A DNA stretch of 50,932 nucleotides from Nemertoderma westbladi (GCA_032718475.1 JAUCBJ010003018.1:1-50932), one strand, 5' to 3'; shown: positions 1-12,213, counted from the first letter of the stretch. Notes: a model not told the origin generated them from the letters alone. Program-made: numbers and translations.

Positions 1-107
1 GTGCCTGTGTGGGAGCTAATGCATCTGCAGTTCTCTGTTTGAAATCGACCTTCAGCAATTTCTTACCTGTACCAATTTCCTACAATTGCTTATAAATTGT
101 CAGCTGA

Positions 108-1038
108 TTGTTAGATTCGTTTAGCGGGCTCTGGTTTCGTTTATGGCATACTGGCAACAGATGTCGAGGAAATCCTGCCAAGTACCTAACTGATCTAGAC
201 TTTGCTGATGACTTAGGAGTACTCTCAGAATCACTAGAGGAAGCCCAACGGCTCCTCAGCTCATTAGAACAGGCTGTTTCTAGTGTTAGTCTTTTTATTA
301 CCTCCAGAAAGACCAAAATTTTGACAGTTAACTTTGAAAGCCCTCAGCAAGTCTCTGATCAGATGAGCATAAGCTCGAAGGATGGTATGCTCGAGCATGT
401 GGATGACTTCTGTTACCTTGGATCATGGAAACGGAAGTCAGATGAGGACCTTCGAATACGTAAGGGAAAGGCATGGGCAGCCTTGAATAGGCTTTCCAGG
501 ATTTGGAAGTCACCGAGAATTAATCGGAAACTTAAGGTCCGATTATTTAGAGCAGCAGTAGTTCCAGTACTCCTCTACGGGAGTCCATGCTGGGCTCGAA
601 CTGCTGAGGACACCAAATCTCTGGATGGTACATTCACAAGAATGCTACGCCGGGTACATTGTGTCAAGTACAATGCACACATCTCCAACCAGACACTATA
701 TAACATTGGAGGTGTCTCATTGGTTCGCCCAAGCTTGACACTAGAACAAAATCGCCTCCGCTTTGCAGGACATTGCTTTCGCCGTGAGGACCAGCCAGTG
801 CATAATCTTGTACTTTGGCAGCCTCATGGAGTGAATAAGCATGGTGGACAGCCCATGACTTTCTTGAGACGCACCTTAAAGGACACTGGCGTTGAAGATG
901 CGGATGATCTAGCAAATGTCATGGGTGATAGGGAGTTGCGGCGGCGCAATTTTGTCGACAGGGCAGCACAGCATTCTTAATATAAATGTAATATATATTT
1001 AATGCAGCTGCAATGCAGCAGGGCGATCCTAGTAGTAG
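108..1038 (+). mobile_element. 5'-truncated RTE-type non-LTR retrotransposon fragment (C-terminal RT/thumb ORF 108..980 plus 3' tail)
   Basis: ORF contains LTDLDFADDL (RT catalytic motif), VDDFCYLGSW, KVRLFRAAVVPVLLYGS and RLRFAGHCFR, typical of RTE-clade ORF ends. It ends in a (TAG)n tail at 1030-1038 shared with the second copy at 8336-8840. Confidence 0.88.
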
Positions 1039-3619
1039 GCCTTTGAAAATATTTTACGGTTGTGGTTAGCAGTTAGAGGCCGTACCGTACTGGTATTTCA
1101 TAGTACCACTGCATACACACTCGGGGTCATTATTTTTAAGTTCGACCAATGGGTGTGGCAAGGGTAGGAGATTTTGGATGAAATTTTCACAATTATTGTT
1201 GATACTTGTGAACAAATGGTATTTTGAAAATTTTAGCTGATTTCATCGATGCATTCGCGAGATATGAAATTTTGCCTATTCGCAAAAATCTGTGAAGCAC
1301 ATGATTTGAGATTGGTGTTATGGGTGAGTGAATGATTAGTTTCATAATAGTTTTGAATTAATTGCGCTTGATTCTAACCATTTGAGACATGAACGTCAAC
1401 ATTTTTATAATTAAATTAGTAAACTATTGATCAAAAGATTGCAATGGGTTATTAAAATCCTCCGAAAATTTGAAATTTTTGAAAATTTCCAATTTTGTAA
1501 TGTGTTGTTCATTTTTGTGATAATTGGTTTACCTGATATTTAAGTTTCCCTTGAACTCTTAGTGGATGTAATAAGCAAGTTTCATTTGAAAACCAAAAAT
1601 CAGAAAGGTATTGTGAATGTTTAAATCGCAAAAAAACTGTTACATTGAAGGCTTTGGTGGTATATAATCTGATTAATTCTATGTTCATGAGCTTTTATAC
1701 CTGACATAATTGTCTGTGAAAATTTGAAGACTAAACTGGGAATGGTTGGGTGTGTATGCCACATTAAAGAAAAACAAAAATATGAGATGCCGATGGATTA
1801 AAATGCTCTGTAATAAGTTGTGATGATGAGTTTTATAATGAATTTAAGTTATTTCGAAAGATATTATTATAAAGTTATTGGTTAGAGTTATTGGTCCGCC
1901 ATTACCCATTTCTTCAGTGTATACCGGTCGGCTATGAACAATTATTGAACATCAGACAGAACATGCTAATGCTAAAAATACAATGCATGGACTGGTTTAA
2001 TAGTGCAGCACCAAATGTATGCCATACTGGTTGTGGATATGGGTTGTGCAATATAATTAGTCACCTAAGTTAAATGTCTAACTAACATCACAGCGGCAGA
2101 GCAGTCTACTATCAGTGTCACGTTATTCTAACCAAAACAATAAACGAACGTCAATAGAACAGTTTTATTTTTGAGTTTAATCAGATGTTATTTGCGTCGT
2201 TATTCCCATGGTGAGGGATGATTATATATTGCGTCGAAAGTCCCCCCCCCCCCCCCCCCCCCCCCTCTATCAGGACTTCAAATGGATCTGTGTCACCCTC
2301 AGCAGTAGAGACAAATGGTTATCCAAGTAGTTATCCAAAGCGGCCCTAAATATTTTACTTTATTTTCTCTCTTATGTTCATTTCATTACTACTGACTTCA
2401 AACTTACTTATCTTCTTTAACTTTTCTTTTTGAACCAAACAAAATACTTCCAGTCCTGCCGTAGTGAATGAATAGCAGTTTTGACTCGCCCCACAGTACT
2501 ATAACAATACATGGCTCGCCGCATAAATCATACATTTTTACACTACTCCATTGCTTAAATATTGACAATAAATCGGTAATTAATGATATTGCATATAATT
2601 TCAATAATATGCAATTACATTATTAAATTCGAGTGCAATATGGAATGTTGCTCTGCCTTGGTTAATATCTTAAGGAGTAATTCATGGGGAATTAATTCAT
2701 TGGTTGTTAAACTTACTGTACAGTAAAACTGCACCAGTTAGTCCACAGTAATAATAGCTGGCCAAATGTTTACCTAAGCTGATAATGTAAAGAAGATAGC
2801 CAAAACAGCTTGCCAGATGTTTTCCTTGTTGCTATGACGGCCACTGCACTGGTGAGCCAAGAGGCAATAGATTGGTCAGTTGTGTTTGTATAAGAACACA
2901 CAGTAAGTAAGGTAGCTAGTGATGGATGGCTAGGACAGTTACGCGCAGAGGTAACCTGCCTACGCACACGGCCACCCCTTCCAACCAAACCAAACCAACT
3001 GCCTGCCAAACTATAATACAGATACACACCTTGCCTTCTACGGAAGGTGGATTAATGCCAGAAGAGTTACTAGGCAACCTACCTTTAAACAGATGGTAGA
3101 TTACATTCAGCTAATCTATAACCCTCGCTATTATTCCCCAGTAAATGGTTAGCTATTGGGAGAGACACAGCAAGAGCATGTGTTTCTTTATTGCGTATTA
3201 CAATATGTTAATTATACAGGCTCCTCAATATTATATTTGATCAGTTGTAATATCGGTGGTACTTAACTGTATCTGTTAATTCAAGTCATATTTTTATTTA
3301 ACTTTTTACTTCCAAATATAACAATAAATTTTCACAACCGAAAACAATAATTTATTTAAACGGTAGTTTAATTACTTAAAATGTGAATTTTATTATATTG
3401 TAATTTATGTTTTGTAAAAACGATTTATTACAAATACGTAATTTTAGTGCGATACTAAATTTAATAGCTACTGTCATTTAACCCATTAATATTTTGGTTA
3501 AACACATGTGTGAACATGTTAGTTATTACTAAATCGCTTGGAATATCCGTTCTTTCTAAATGACAAGGATAACAAAATAAATAATAATACTTTATAAAAT
3601 TAAAAAACAGCGATCAAAA

Positions 3620-4594
3620 ATGGAAAATACGAAAATTATATTCGTGGGCGGTGAAGTGCAGTGCACGGTTTGCACGTCAGGGGGCGTCGACAGTCCTTCA
3701 TTCGCTGATGGGAGCGCGTTAACACGCCATCTAGTGTCAGTCCACGGAATGTCAGCAGCGCAGGGCACCGATAACCATCAACTCGAAAACAACAACACCG
3801 GCCCGATAGACTTAACTCTAAAACAGAGTTATTCGGATGAGTCTGATGTCGCATTCACGGTTCTTCCTATTTCGCCTCCCAAAGTAACTAAATCGATGGT
3901 TGATTATAACGCGATGGAACTGGCGGTGCAGAAAGAAATCAGAGCCGTTAACAAGCAATCTATACTGGGTTTAACTCCAAATTATAAAGCTGTCGTAGAC
4001 GCAGCCTTGCCGCGCGATCCACCCCCGTTGCATAGCGACAACCAATCGCAGCAGACCACCATCATTCAACATGAACGCTACAACTTCATCTGCCACGAGA
4101 CCAAAGAGGGTGCGAGCCACAATAGTAGTAGTAACGTCACACTGGAAGATGCTATTAGCCAGGATACCAGCAACAGGATTTGCTACTACGAATGCGAGAA
4201 ATGTAAAAAGATATTATCGCATAAAGGTAGCTTACTGCGGCACTATAAGTTGGTTCATAACACAGGGAGGAGTTGTTTCGTCTGTCAACATTGTCAGAAG
4301 GTATTCGGGACACTGTCTGGGTTAAATGATCACGATTTGTTAGTTCATAAAGGTATCCACCTGTACAAATGCAAAGAGTGTCACAAGAGTTTCACAAAGG
4401 CGGGAAATTTAAAATCCCACTCGATGATTCATCGTGCCGACAACCCTTACACGTGTCCCCCTCCGTGTGGGCGGAGGTTCACAGAGTTGCGTTACCTTAG
4501 AAACCACATGGAGAACCAACACGATAGGATACATCGTCTCATCTCCATGGCAACCATGGGAACTGATAAACTCCTCGTCTCCAAACGACACTAA
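3620..4594 (+). CDS. Intronless C2H2 zinc-finger protein (four C-terminal fingers, one degenerate N-terminal finger, PxDLS-like motif)
   Basis: 324-aa ATG-initiated ORF. Fingers CEKC..HYKLVH, CQHC..HDLLVH, CKEC..HSMIH, CPPPC..HMENQH; PIDLT motif; AATAAA downstream near 4727. Confidence 0.88.
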   Translation: MENTKIIFVGGEVQCTVCTSGGVDSPSFADGSALTRHLVSVHGMSAAQGTDNHQLENNNTGPIDLTLKQSYSDESDVAFTVLPISPPKVTKSMVDYNAMELAVQKEIRAVNKQSILGLTPNYKAVVDAALPRDPPPLHSDNQSQQTTIIQHERYNFICHETKEGASHNSSSNVTLEDAISQDTSNRICYYECEKCKKILSHKGSLLRHYKLVHNTGRSCFVCQHCQKVFGTLSGLNDHDLLVHKGIHLYKCKECHKSFTKAGNLKSHSMIHRADNPYTCPPPCGRRFTELRYLRNHMENQHDRIHRLISMATMGTDKLLVSKRH

Positions 4595-5198
4595 CAATCC
4601 CAATCACACAGAGGTGTATAAAGGCCAGTATATTTTATACTTGAATTATTATTGACGGCAAGTAAAATAGAATTCTAGAACGCGAGATAGTAATACAATT
4701 ATTCCAGAATATAAATATTATATTTGAATAAAAACTCCAAACTTCGCTGCGCCAGTTAATGGCTACAAAAGTAAACATTACGTGTGTATTGTAATACTAA
4801 TTGACTTTTTATTTAATTTTTCTAGCGTTCGTACTGTAGTAATAATTAGCCGTATTTAGTACAACACTTACTAATTAGATCACTATAAGTTGTTAATGTT
4901 GTAAATATATTGATCTGTACGACAGTTCCCACCACTAACTTACAATGTTCATACCACTTTATTTAGATAATATACTGTTTTTGTCCTTTATAACGTTTCT
5001 CATATTTCCTTAAATACAATAAATTGATTAGAAAATTTGATGAGTTTATTACTTAAAGAAATTTTTGTGTAAATTGTTGTTGTTGTAGCTTCTAGACTTT
5101 GTTGCCCCAATCCTTCTAAAGTAGAAAAAAAAACGCCACGAGATTACATCTTGCTATTCCTGTTGCTGATATAGATATGCTACGCGCCACCCTATTGG

Positions 5199-5411
5199 GG
5201 GTAGGTGTAAAACGCGGATCCGGATTCCAAAATTATCAATTAAGGGAAAGGAGCAGGTTACAGTGGCACGTTATTTTAACCAAAACAATAAACTAAAGTC
5301 AATAGAACAGGTTATAGTTTTATTTTTGGAAGTTATAATAATGTAAAAAATATCGACTTCCGTAGAGACAATGATAAATGTAGAATCCGGATCCGCGTTT
5401 TACTCCGACCC
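5199..5411. mobile_element. MITE with ~29-bp TIRs and 9-bp TSD (Mutator-like)
   Basis: Left GGGTAGGTGTAAAACGCGGATCCGGATTC pairs with right GAATCCGGATCCGCGTTTTACTCCGACCC (2 mismatches). CCCTATTGG is directly repeated at 5190-5198 and 5412-5420. Confidence 0.8.
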
Positions 5412-6282
5412 CCCTATTGGTGATAATTTAACAAATTTACAATAATATCTACCACCCATAATTATAGCCTGACAATTTTTTTAAATTAAATGCAAACCTT
5501 TTCTACTTGGATCGCTATATTAAAATTTAATGTGAGAAATTCCAACAAAAATATGTATTTTATAAAAGCACTATAATGCAATTTAATCATTTATATTTGT
5601 GCGCTCATTTCTACGGATAGTGGGCTAAACGCTGATTACTCTAATAAACTGCAACCTGTTCTATTGACCTCAGTTTATTGTTTTGGTTAGAATAAAGTGC
5701 CATTATTAACCTGCTACAGTGCTCCTTCCCCTTAATTGATAAATTAACATCGAGACGAGATATTAATTCGCCGAGATTTGTGTAATTAGACAACATAATG
5801 ATACAATTGATATTACAGTTACGATCCTCGTTATGAATACTCACTCACTACGTTCATTCGTGCCCCAAACGTCTCGCAGCAGCACACTGTAAAAGTGCTA
5901 ATTTATACACACATTTGCTGTCGAATATTTGAAATTTTTGAAATAATGGAAAGAAAACAAAACTAAAAAAATCGTAACCGATATGTTCATAACACTCTTC
6001 AATTATTATTGATAATCGTAACAATTGGGTAAAAAGTAGCACTTTTCATGTCCATGCTTGATCCGGGTTAATTAATGCACTGGCCGAGCATAGAGAGTAT
6101 TACAAAATCAACAAGTGTCTTTAACTCCTTTTTATAGTTTGATTTCATGACGCAAAATTTATGTAACTGTAATATTGATGAAATTGATTAGAAATATTAA
6201 TGGAATTCATAACTACGTACAACTAATTAAAGTTAGCCTAATAAATACAACAAACTGTACAAAAATAAACCCTTCATTTGTA

Positions 6283-8217
6283 TCATAAGTTAGCGGATTC
6301 TAGAACATCGCATATAACCATAGCAACGGCGTGTCTAGCGACCACAGACACCGCGGATATTCCGCTCGGTAGATAAACTTCCCCCGTCTGCGGGGAATCC
6401 CCCCTCCCCAGCCGTCCACGGCCCCCGTAGCCCCAGGACCAAACGCGACCGTCTTCCGTTACAGCCACCGTAAACGTGTCGCCACAGGCTACCCGCGCCA
6501 CCGCCCCTTCTAAACCCGCCACCGATGCCACTCCTGTTGGAGACCCATCGCAACCCAACTGACCCACCCGGTTGTCGCCGCACGAAAAACACCGCCCATT
6601 GGGTGTTACCATAACAACATGAGAGGTGCCGACAGCCAATTGAGTCACTTTAAAGGGAAATGGAATAACTTGGAAATAACTTACAAAATCTAAGACAACG
6701 TTGTTATTAAGACAAAGTTTATTGTATTGGTTAGACCCGGTTGCTAGGACAACCCCATGTGATGTCACTGCGATGGTGCAATCGGCCCCGCATTGTAGCG
6801 CTATGACGTCACCAGAGAACAAGGGCAACTGAACCTCGGTGGGTGTCGGAACGGAATCGATGGGACCCAAACCCAAACGACCTCCACCCCCGCGACCCCA
6901 GACGAACACCCGGTTGCCCCGGGTAACCGCGACTGCATGACGCCCCCCAGCGGCCACGTCAAGCACTTCGTATTGGAGCAGCGCCTCAACCATGTGTGCC
7001 GACTCAGACCTAACGCCATCCACTGGGTGACCTAGACAATCCGAGTTGACCAATCCGAATACAATGACTACCCCTCGACCGGTCAGACCGACGGAAAAAA
7101 AATCGCCGCACGAAACTTTTCGAATCTCCAAGGAGGAAGAAAATTCTAGAACGTGCGGTGTTACTAAGTAATTGTTGTCAGGGTAACCAGAACGCTCGTA
7201 TACAAACGCACGACCGCTGGTACTGATTCCAACTTTAATAAAACGACCAATAGCGACCTCGGATAATTCATACTGTTGTGAAGGAAACTCGAGCGGTTCT
7301 AGAATACCGTCACCCCAAAAATATATAAGTTTACCAGAACTGGTACTATGGGAACTAGTAACTGGGGACTTCGTGACGTTTTCTGTTGTGTTATCGGATG
7401 CCCAGTTACCTAGACTACAGTAAACATCGAACAACGAATTACCAAGAAAGGGGCGAGCCATGAGGTTAGGCGCGAGCGGTCTCACGGAAGGTTCAAGTTG
7501 TAGCAACTCCATGACTAAATCCCTAAGCTCTGGGGACCCACGCGTTGCGGGAATGGGAGGGTAGCGAGCAGCCATGATGTTAAGTATAACAGCGGGGAGA
7601 TTGTCGCCCTCGAAGGCGCGCTTTCCTACACACATTTCGTAGACTACGCATCCTAAGGACCAGATATCGCTGGCGGCGTTGTAAGCGAGACCTTGGCAGA
7701 GTTCAGGGGCTAGATAGGCTGGAGTCCCGACCAGTGTGACCGCGTTACTAAGGCTACCCAACTGCTTACTGATACCAAAATCACCGAGCTTAATTAGTCG
7801 TTTCGATGCGTGGAGGAATATATTGTGTGTTTTAAGGTCGCGGTGCAGGATGTTGATTCGGTGTATGTGGGACAGAGCGGAAAGGAGTTGAGCTACGTAC
7901 GAGAGTATGCGGGGAGTGGGGAGGGGTTGGGGCGAGCCATGGAGGTAGTCGTATAGACTACCCCCGTCCGCATACTCCATGGCAATCACGAGTCTGTCAG
8001 ATTCGACGAAATTCTCGTAATATCGAACCACATTGGGGTGTTGCACGATGGAAAGTACTCGCCACTCGTTAACCGCTAGTTGGCGCTGCGCAGGGGTTAG
8101 TTGGTCTAACTGGATCTCCTTCAGTATAACTCTACGGGCGTCATTAACTCGGGTACACAGATGGACAGTGCCAAACGCACCTCGACCTATTACACGCTGT
8201 TTTTGATAACTTTCCAT
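6283..8217 (-). CDS. NEK8: NIMA-related Ser/Thr kinase with C-terminal RCC1 repeats (NEK8-like), intronless
   Basis: 644-aa ORF. Kinase motifs GRGAFG, HRDLKTHN, DFG, GTPAYLAPE and SDIWSLGC, followed by RCC1 repeats (VAAGGRH, WGRGGGGRLGLG, VACGDTFT, WGYGGRGRLGRG). Length and N-terminal start of the kinase fit NEK8 better than NEK9. Confidence 0.9.
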   Translation of the reverse strand: MESYQKQRVIGRGAFGTVHLCTRVNDARRVILKEIQLDQLTPAQRQLAVNEWRVLSIVQHPNVVRYYENFVESDRLVIAMEYADGGSLYDYLHGSPQPLPTPRILSYVAQLLSALSHIHRINILHRDLKTHNIFLHASKRLIKLGDFGISKQLGSLSNAVTLVGTPAYLAPELCQGLAYNAASDIWSLGCVVYEMCVGKRAFEGDNLPAVILNIMAARYPPIPATRGSPELRDLVMELLQLEPSVRPLAPNLMARPFLGNSLFDVYCSLGNWASDNTTENVTKSPVTSSHSTSSGKLIYFWGDGILEPLEFPSQQYELSEVAIGRFIKVGISTSGRAFVYERSGYPDNNYLVTPHVLEFSSSLEIRKVSCGDFFSVGLTGRGVVIVFGLVNSDCLGHPVDGVRSESAHMVEALLQYEVLDVAAGGRHAVAVTRGNRVFVWGRGGGGRLGLGPIDSVPTPTEVQLPLFSGDVIALQCGADCTIAVTSHGVVLATGSNQYNKLCLNNNVVLDFVSYFQVIPFPFKVTQLAVGTSHVVMVTPNGRCFSCGDNRVGQLGCDGSPTGVASVAGLEGAVARVACGDTFTVAVTEDGRVWSWGYGGRGRLGRGDSPQTGEVYLPSGISAVSVVARHAVAMVICDVLESANL

Positions 8218-8335
8218 CGTACATATAATTAAACACTAATATAAACAGGGTATTCTTAAAGATGATTTTAATAATTAATTATTCAGTACGGACAGACTAG
8301 TCCATAATAGGTTTCGACAATTTATTAGCCTCTCA

Positions 8336-8840
8336 TACTACTACTACTAGGATCGGCATGCTGCATTGCAGCTGCATTTTTACGAATGCTGTGCCGGCTT
8401 ATCGACAAAATTGCACCGCCACAACTCTCTATCACCCATGACATTTGCTAGATCATCCGCATCTTCAAGGCCAGTGTCCTTTAAGATGCGTCTCAAGAAA
8501 GTCATGGGCTGTCCACCATGCTTATTCACTCCATGAGGCTGCCAAAGTACAAGATTATGCACTGGCTGGTCCTCACGGCGAAAGCAATGTCCTGCAAAGC
8601 GGAGGCGATTTTGTTCTAGTGTCAAGCTTGGGGGAACCAATGAGACACCTCCAATGTTATATAGTGTCTGGTTGGAGATGTGAGCATTGTACTTGACACA
8701 ATAAACCCGGCGTAGCATTCTTGTGAATGTGCCATCCAGAGATTTGGTGTCCTCAGCAGTTAGTCGTCCACATGCTCAAGCATACTCAGCAAAGTCTAGA
8801 TCAGTTAGGCAGGATTTCCTCGACTTCTGGAGCCAGTAGG
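8336..8840 (-). mobile_element. Second, internally deleted copy of the RTE-type LINE 3' end
   Basis: ORF 8380..8718 is nearly identical to the C-terminus of ORF 108..980 and has the same 3' tail. 8760-8840 consists of collinear pieces of copy 1. Confidence 0.9.
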
Positions 8841-9454
8841 TGGAGTTATGCGGTACATGTGTGTGTGTTATGTGTTGTGCGGTACATGTCTACTATGATG
8901 GGATAGATGAGCTTTAAACACTCAGGTATTTTAAAGCCTCTCATAGCATACTTTTAATACTGTTCGATAGGGGGGGGGGGGGGGGGGGGGGGGGGTTATT
9001 GATTGATACATATAAAAAGGAAGATATATCAGTAGTAATGAACCCATGTTAGAAAATTGGGTTCTGTTCAAGGCAAGGAATACTTCTAGGTTTATAACCT
9101 AAGCAGCCATGGCAGGGCAATAACATTTGAAAATTTTCATATTTCACTTTGCTGGTGTTGTTAAACCCTATAAATTATGTTATTATATTACTATAACACA
9201 ACTTTTCGATATGTTCTAGGATTTGGATTTTATAAATTTCATTTGGATGTAAGAATTATTTCGCACTAATTGGCCATTGGAAAAACACTTTCTGTATTCT
9301 TACTTTAATATTATAATATATTGTCGTAAATACTGTCAAAGAACCACGATAACTTAGTAAATACAGGACCATTCCATTATAAATGTGATATAATTATTGT
9401 AATACTGCATAGTTAGTGTGTTTACTGCAATATAGCGAACACCGGTATTGTTAA

Positions 9455-10021
9455 TCAAGTTTTAGGTTGTTGTCTGGGATCTCTAGGGTGTTTCATAGCA
9501 ACTGGTAAATCCGGCTTATCAGACCACTGGGGGGAAGAGGGGGAAGCAGAGGACACTTGGGGAAACAAGGGGGCAATCTCGCCACTGGGAGAAGCAATCC
9601 CAGTTCTAGACCCTGCCGCCTGGGGTTGCCCCCCTACAGGCCTAGTCCCGCCCCCTACAACCCCCCAATCCATGGCGGGGTCGCTTAGGAAAGGAATCTC
9701 GTTGAACAACATTGTAAACTCTCCGATTTTAGTGAGTTCTCCGTTCTTTGCCGCGTTCAACGTGAGAACGTTCCTATGTAGGGAGATATACCCTCGAATC
9801 AACCGAATAATATCACCCGATTCAATAACGTGACACACACTGTTCCATACCGACATATTAATGGAACCAGAACGGTCAGCCACTTTAACAGTTCGCACCT
9901 CCTTCCCATCCTTAGTAACTATGGCAGGACGACCTGTCTCTAATACTATACAAATGACATTGACATTTCGCATCAAAGGTTTAACATCCTTAATATATGT
10001 GTATGAAAGTTCATTAGACAT
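9455..10021 (-). CDS. NABP: SOSS complex subunit B / hSSB1-like OB-fold ssDNA-binding protein, intronless
   Basis: N-terminal OB fold (YIKDVKP..NV..IVLETGR..TKDGKEVRTVKVADRSGSINMSVW..GDIIRL..GY..KIGEF.M.F.E.P..S.P) followed by a low-complexity tail, as in NABP1/NABP2. Confidence 0.92.
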   Translation of the reverse strand: MSNELSYTYIKDVKPLMRNVNVICIVLETGRPAIVTKDGKEVRTVKVADRSGSINMSVWNSVCHVIESGDIIRLIRGYISLHRNVLTLNAAKNGELTKIGEFTMLFNEIPFLSDPAMDWGVVGGGTRPVGGQPQAAGSRTGIASPSGEIAPLFPQVSSASPSSPQWSDKPDLPVAMKHPRDPRQQPKT

Positions 10022-11511
10022 GATATTATATTATAAACTTAATTTACGGTAACTCTAGGTCTATTAATAATTATATGTAAAGTCTATAATATATATACTG
10101 TTCTACGATATTTGTTGATATTATTTTATAATTATAAATAATACACTGCCGGAGTACTAGCTAGATAAATACCATGACGAGGAAAACACACAACTAACTA
10201 TTTCTCAACAAAAGCTATTTCTGTAGCACTAAATGTGCCAGCAAAAACATTCAGTTTCAATTATTTATTTCAAATACATAGAACATTATTTTTACTCGTT
10301 CCCTAGAAAAGGCGAGTTACAGTTACAGTTCATATCCACACCTCTGGCAGCAGGGCAGTCTGGTATTTTCGTATTGCAAAAATAAGACTTAGGCCTATGT
10401 TATTGAATATCGTCTAGCACTCTACAGCTCTAGGCCTATAGTTTTGGTAGAAAAGCACTCCAGTGCAACCTGCACCTTTCCGTTGATTAAAAAATCTAAC
10501 TACGTTTATTGTTTTGGTTAGAAAACACTGTAACCTACTCGCTAGGCTACTCATTTCCCTTATATTTTTTAAGATGGCAGAAGTGCGCATATTAACGATA
10601 ACATACAATCAACTATATTATTCTCACACCTACGAAAAAAATTTCGATAACAATAGATATAATTTCTTTATATTTTAGATGATTTATTTAGATTAATTTT
10701 TGACTAGGCGACTAGGCCTATATTCTGATATTTAGAATACCAATCTTTATTTAACAAAAAGTTCATAAGTTTTAGGTTCAGTTTTTTATTAGGCTACCGG
10801 TACCTAATTATGAATTTTCAGCACCGGTAATGTGATTAGTGGATTTTTAAAAGCGGATTTTTCATTGAATTCACACATTACCGGTATCGTAAATCAGTAA
10901 ATGGTACTACATTCAGACATTCATGCAGTGATATGGTACTGACTGAAGGCCTAGGTGGTAGGCAAATCTAAGAACAGAAGAAGCCTAGTAGAATTTCTGT
11001 TCCGACAGAAAGTTTTTAGACAGTTTTAATTAGGCCTACTGTCTGACTGTAGGGACTATGGACTAGAGGCCGCCCCTCCCCTCCACTCACTACAGCACTA
11101 GCTCTGTAGCTAGGCCTACCAACTACTGCCTATAGCAGTATAGTAGAAGTAGACCTAGGCTGCTGGTAACTCACGACAATATGAAATGAATTAACCTACA
11201 TTCCTGCATTCGGGAGTGCGACGGAGAAGGCCTACCTGTCGCTGTTAATTGTAGATCTAATGTAAGCATGATATAGGCCTAGTGCAGTAATGCAGTGCAG
11301 CTGCAGACAGCCAGGGCCAAATTATATATACAGTATTTGCCTAAATGCAGAAATGTGTACAGATGTACCACCTACTGACATACACCTAACAGTCATGGGT
11401 TATCAGCTGTAAATACATAGGCCTACCGGTAATTATTACTGTACTTTTAAGCAGCAAAGCAGGGACTACCAAAAAAAAGTGAACGGTGAAAGAGTGCAAC
11501 ACGTAACACAT

Positions 11512-11750
11512 GAGTCAACCCGAAGGTTTCTCTCTCTTGGCTGTTACCTATAAAGCAGGGGGCGCGTCTCACTCACTCCCAAGGGTGAATACTCCGTAAA
11601 TATCCAACCATTTTTCTTGACTCCCCTAGCAGATGCCAGCCCCCCCCCCCCTCATATTGCTGGGTTGATGAACCATAGTTACAAAATTGTAACTCACTCG
11701 GCAAGGGATCGAACCCTGTATCTCCCAGCTACTGTAAGTAGATGCAAGCA
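11512..11750 (-). mobile_element. Degenerate tRNA-derived SINE
   Basis: B-box GGTTCGATCCC on the minus strand (~11705-11715). The segment at 11515-11595 (ACCCGAAGGTTTCTCTCT...) resembles the tail of the SINE at 17484-17731. Boundaries are approximate. Confidence 0.5.
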
Positions 11751-12213
11751 TGTTCTGTAAAGTGTAAACTTTCGGTAAATTTTGTTAAGTGTTTGTAAAG
11801 ATTATTCTGTTTAGATAGGCTCGCCACAGTTAACCTACTCAGCTCATCAGCAAAACTTACTATAGAAAAATATTTAAAATTTTAGTTGATTGATTAAAAT
11901 GAAAGAAACAATGGATCACAATCACAGTTGGGACCACAGTACCACATGTAGAGCCAATATAAAGTCAACCTACCCATCCACAGCCTTAAAAGAAATTAAC
12001 TTTGTCCATCAAAGCCAATAAACAAAGCGGATACGTACTGTATAGGCGATCTGCTACCTCTTGAAGCTCAATGCTGCAACATTTATTATAGCTAAATTTA
12101 CATCGCTGATACATCCATACTGTACATCATGATGTAACACAGCTGAAGCTATGTACCCATTATCACCACACATTAATTAATAACACAGAACATAATCCAA
12201 TGGGATGACTCAC

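Noticed and set aside
2770-3027. Minus-strand ORF as a possible downstream anoctamin TM3-TM4 exon
   Set aside because: It lacks the conserved V.YR and IN/LN motifs, and the resemblance is only general hydrophobicity.
12001-12075. Possible fourth 75-nt alternative exon (SIELQEVADRLYSTYPLCLLALMDK)
   Set aside because: The nearest AG gives a 73-nt out-of-phase exon, and similarity to G1-G3 is weak.
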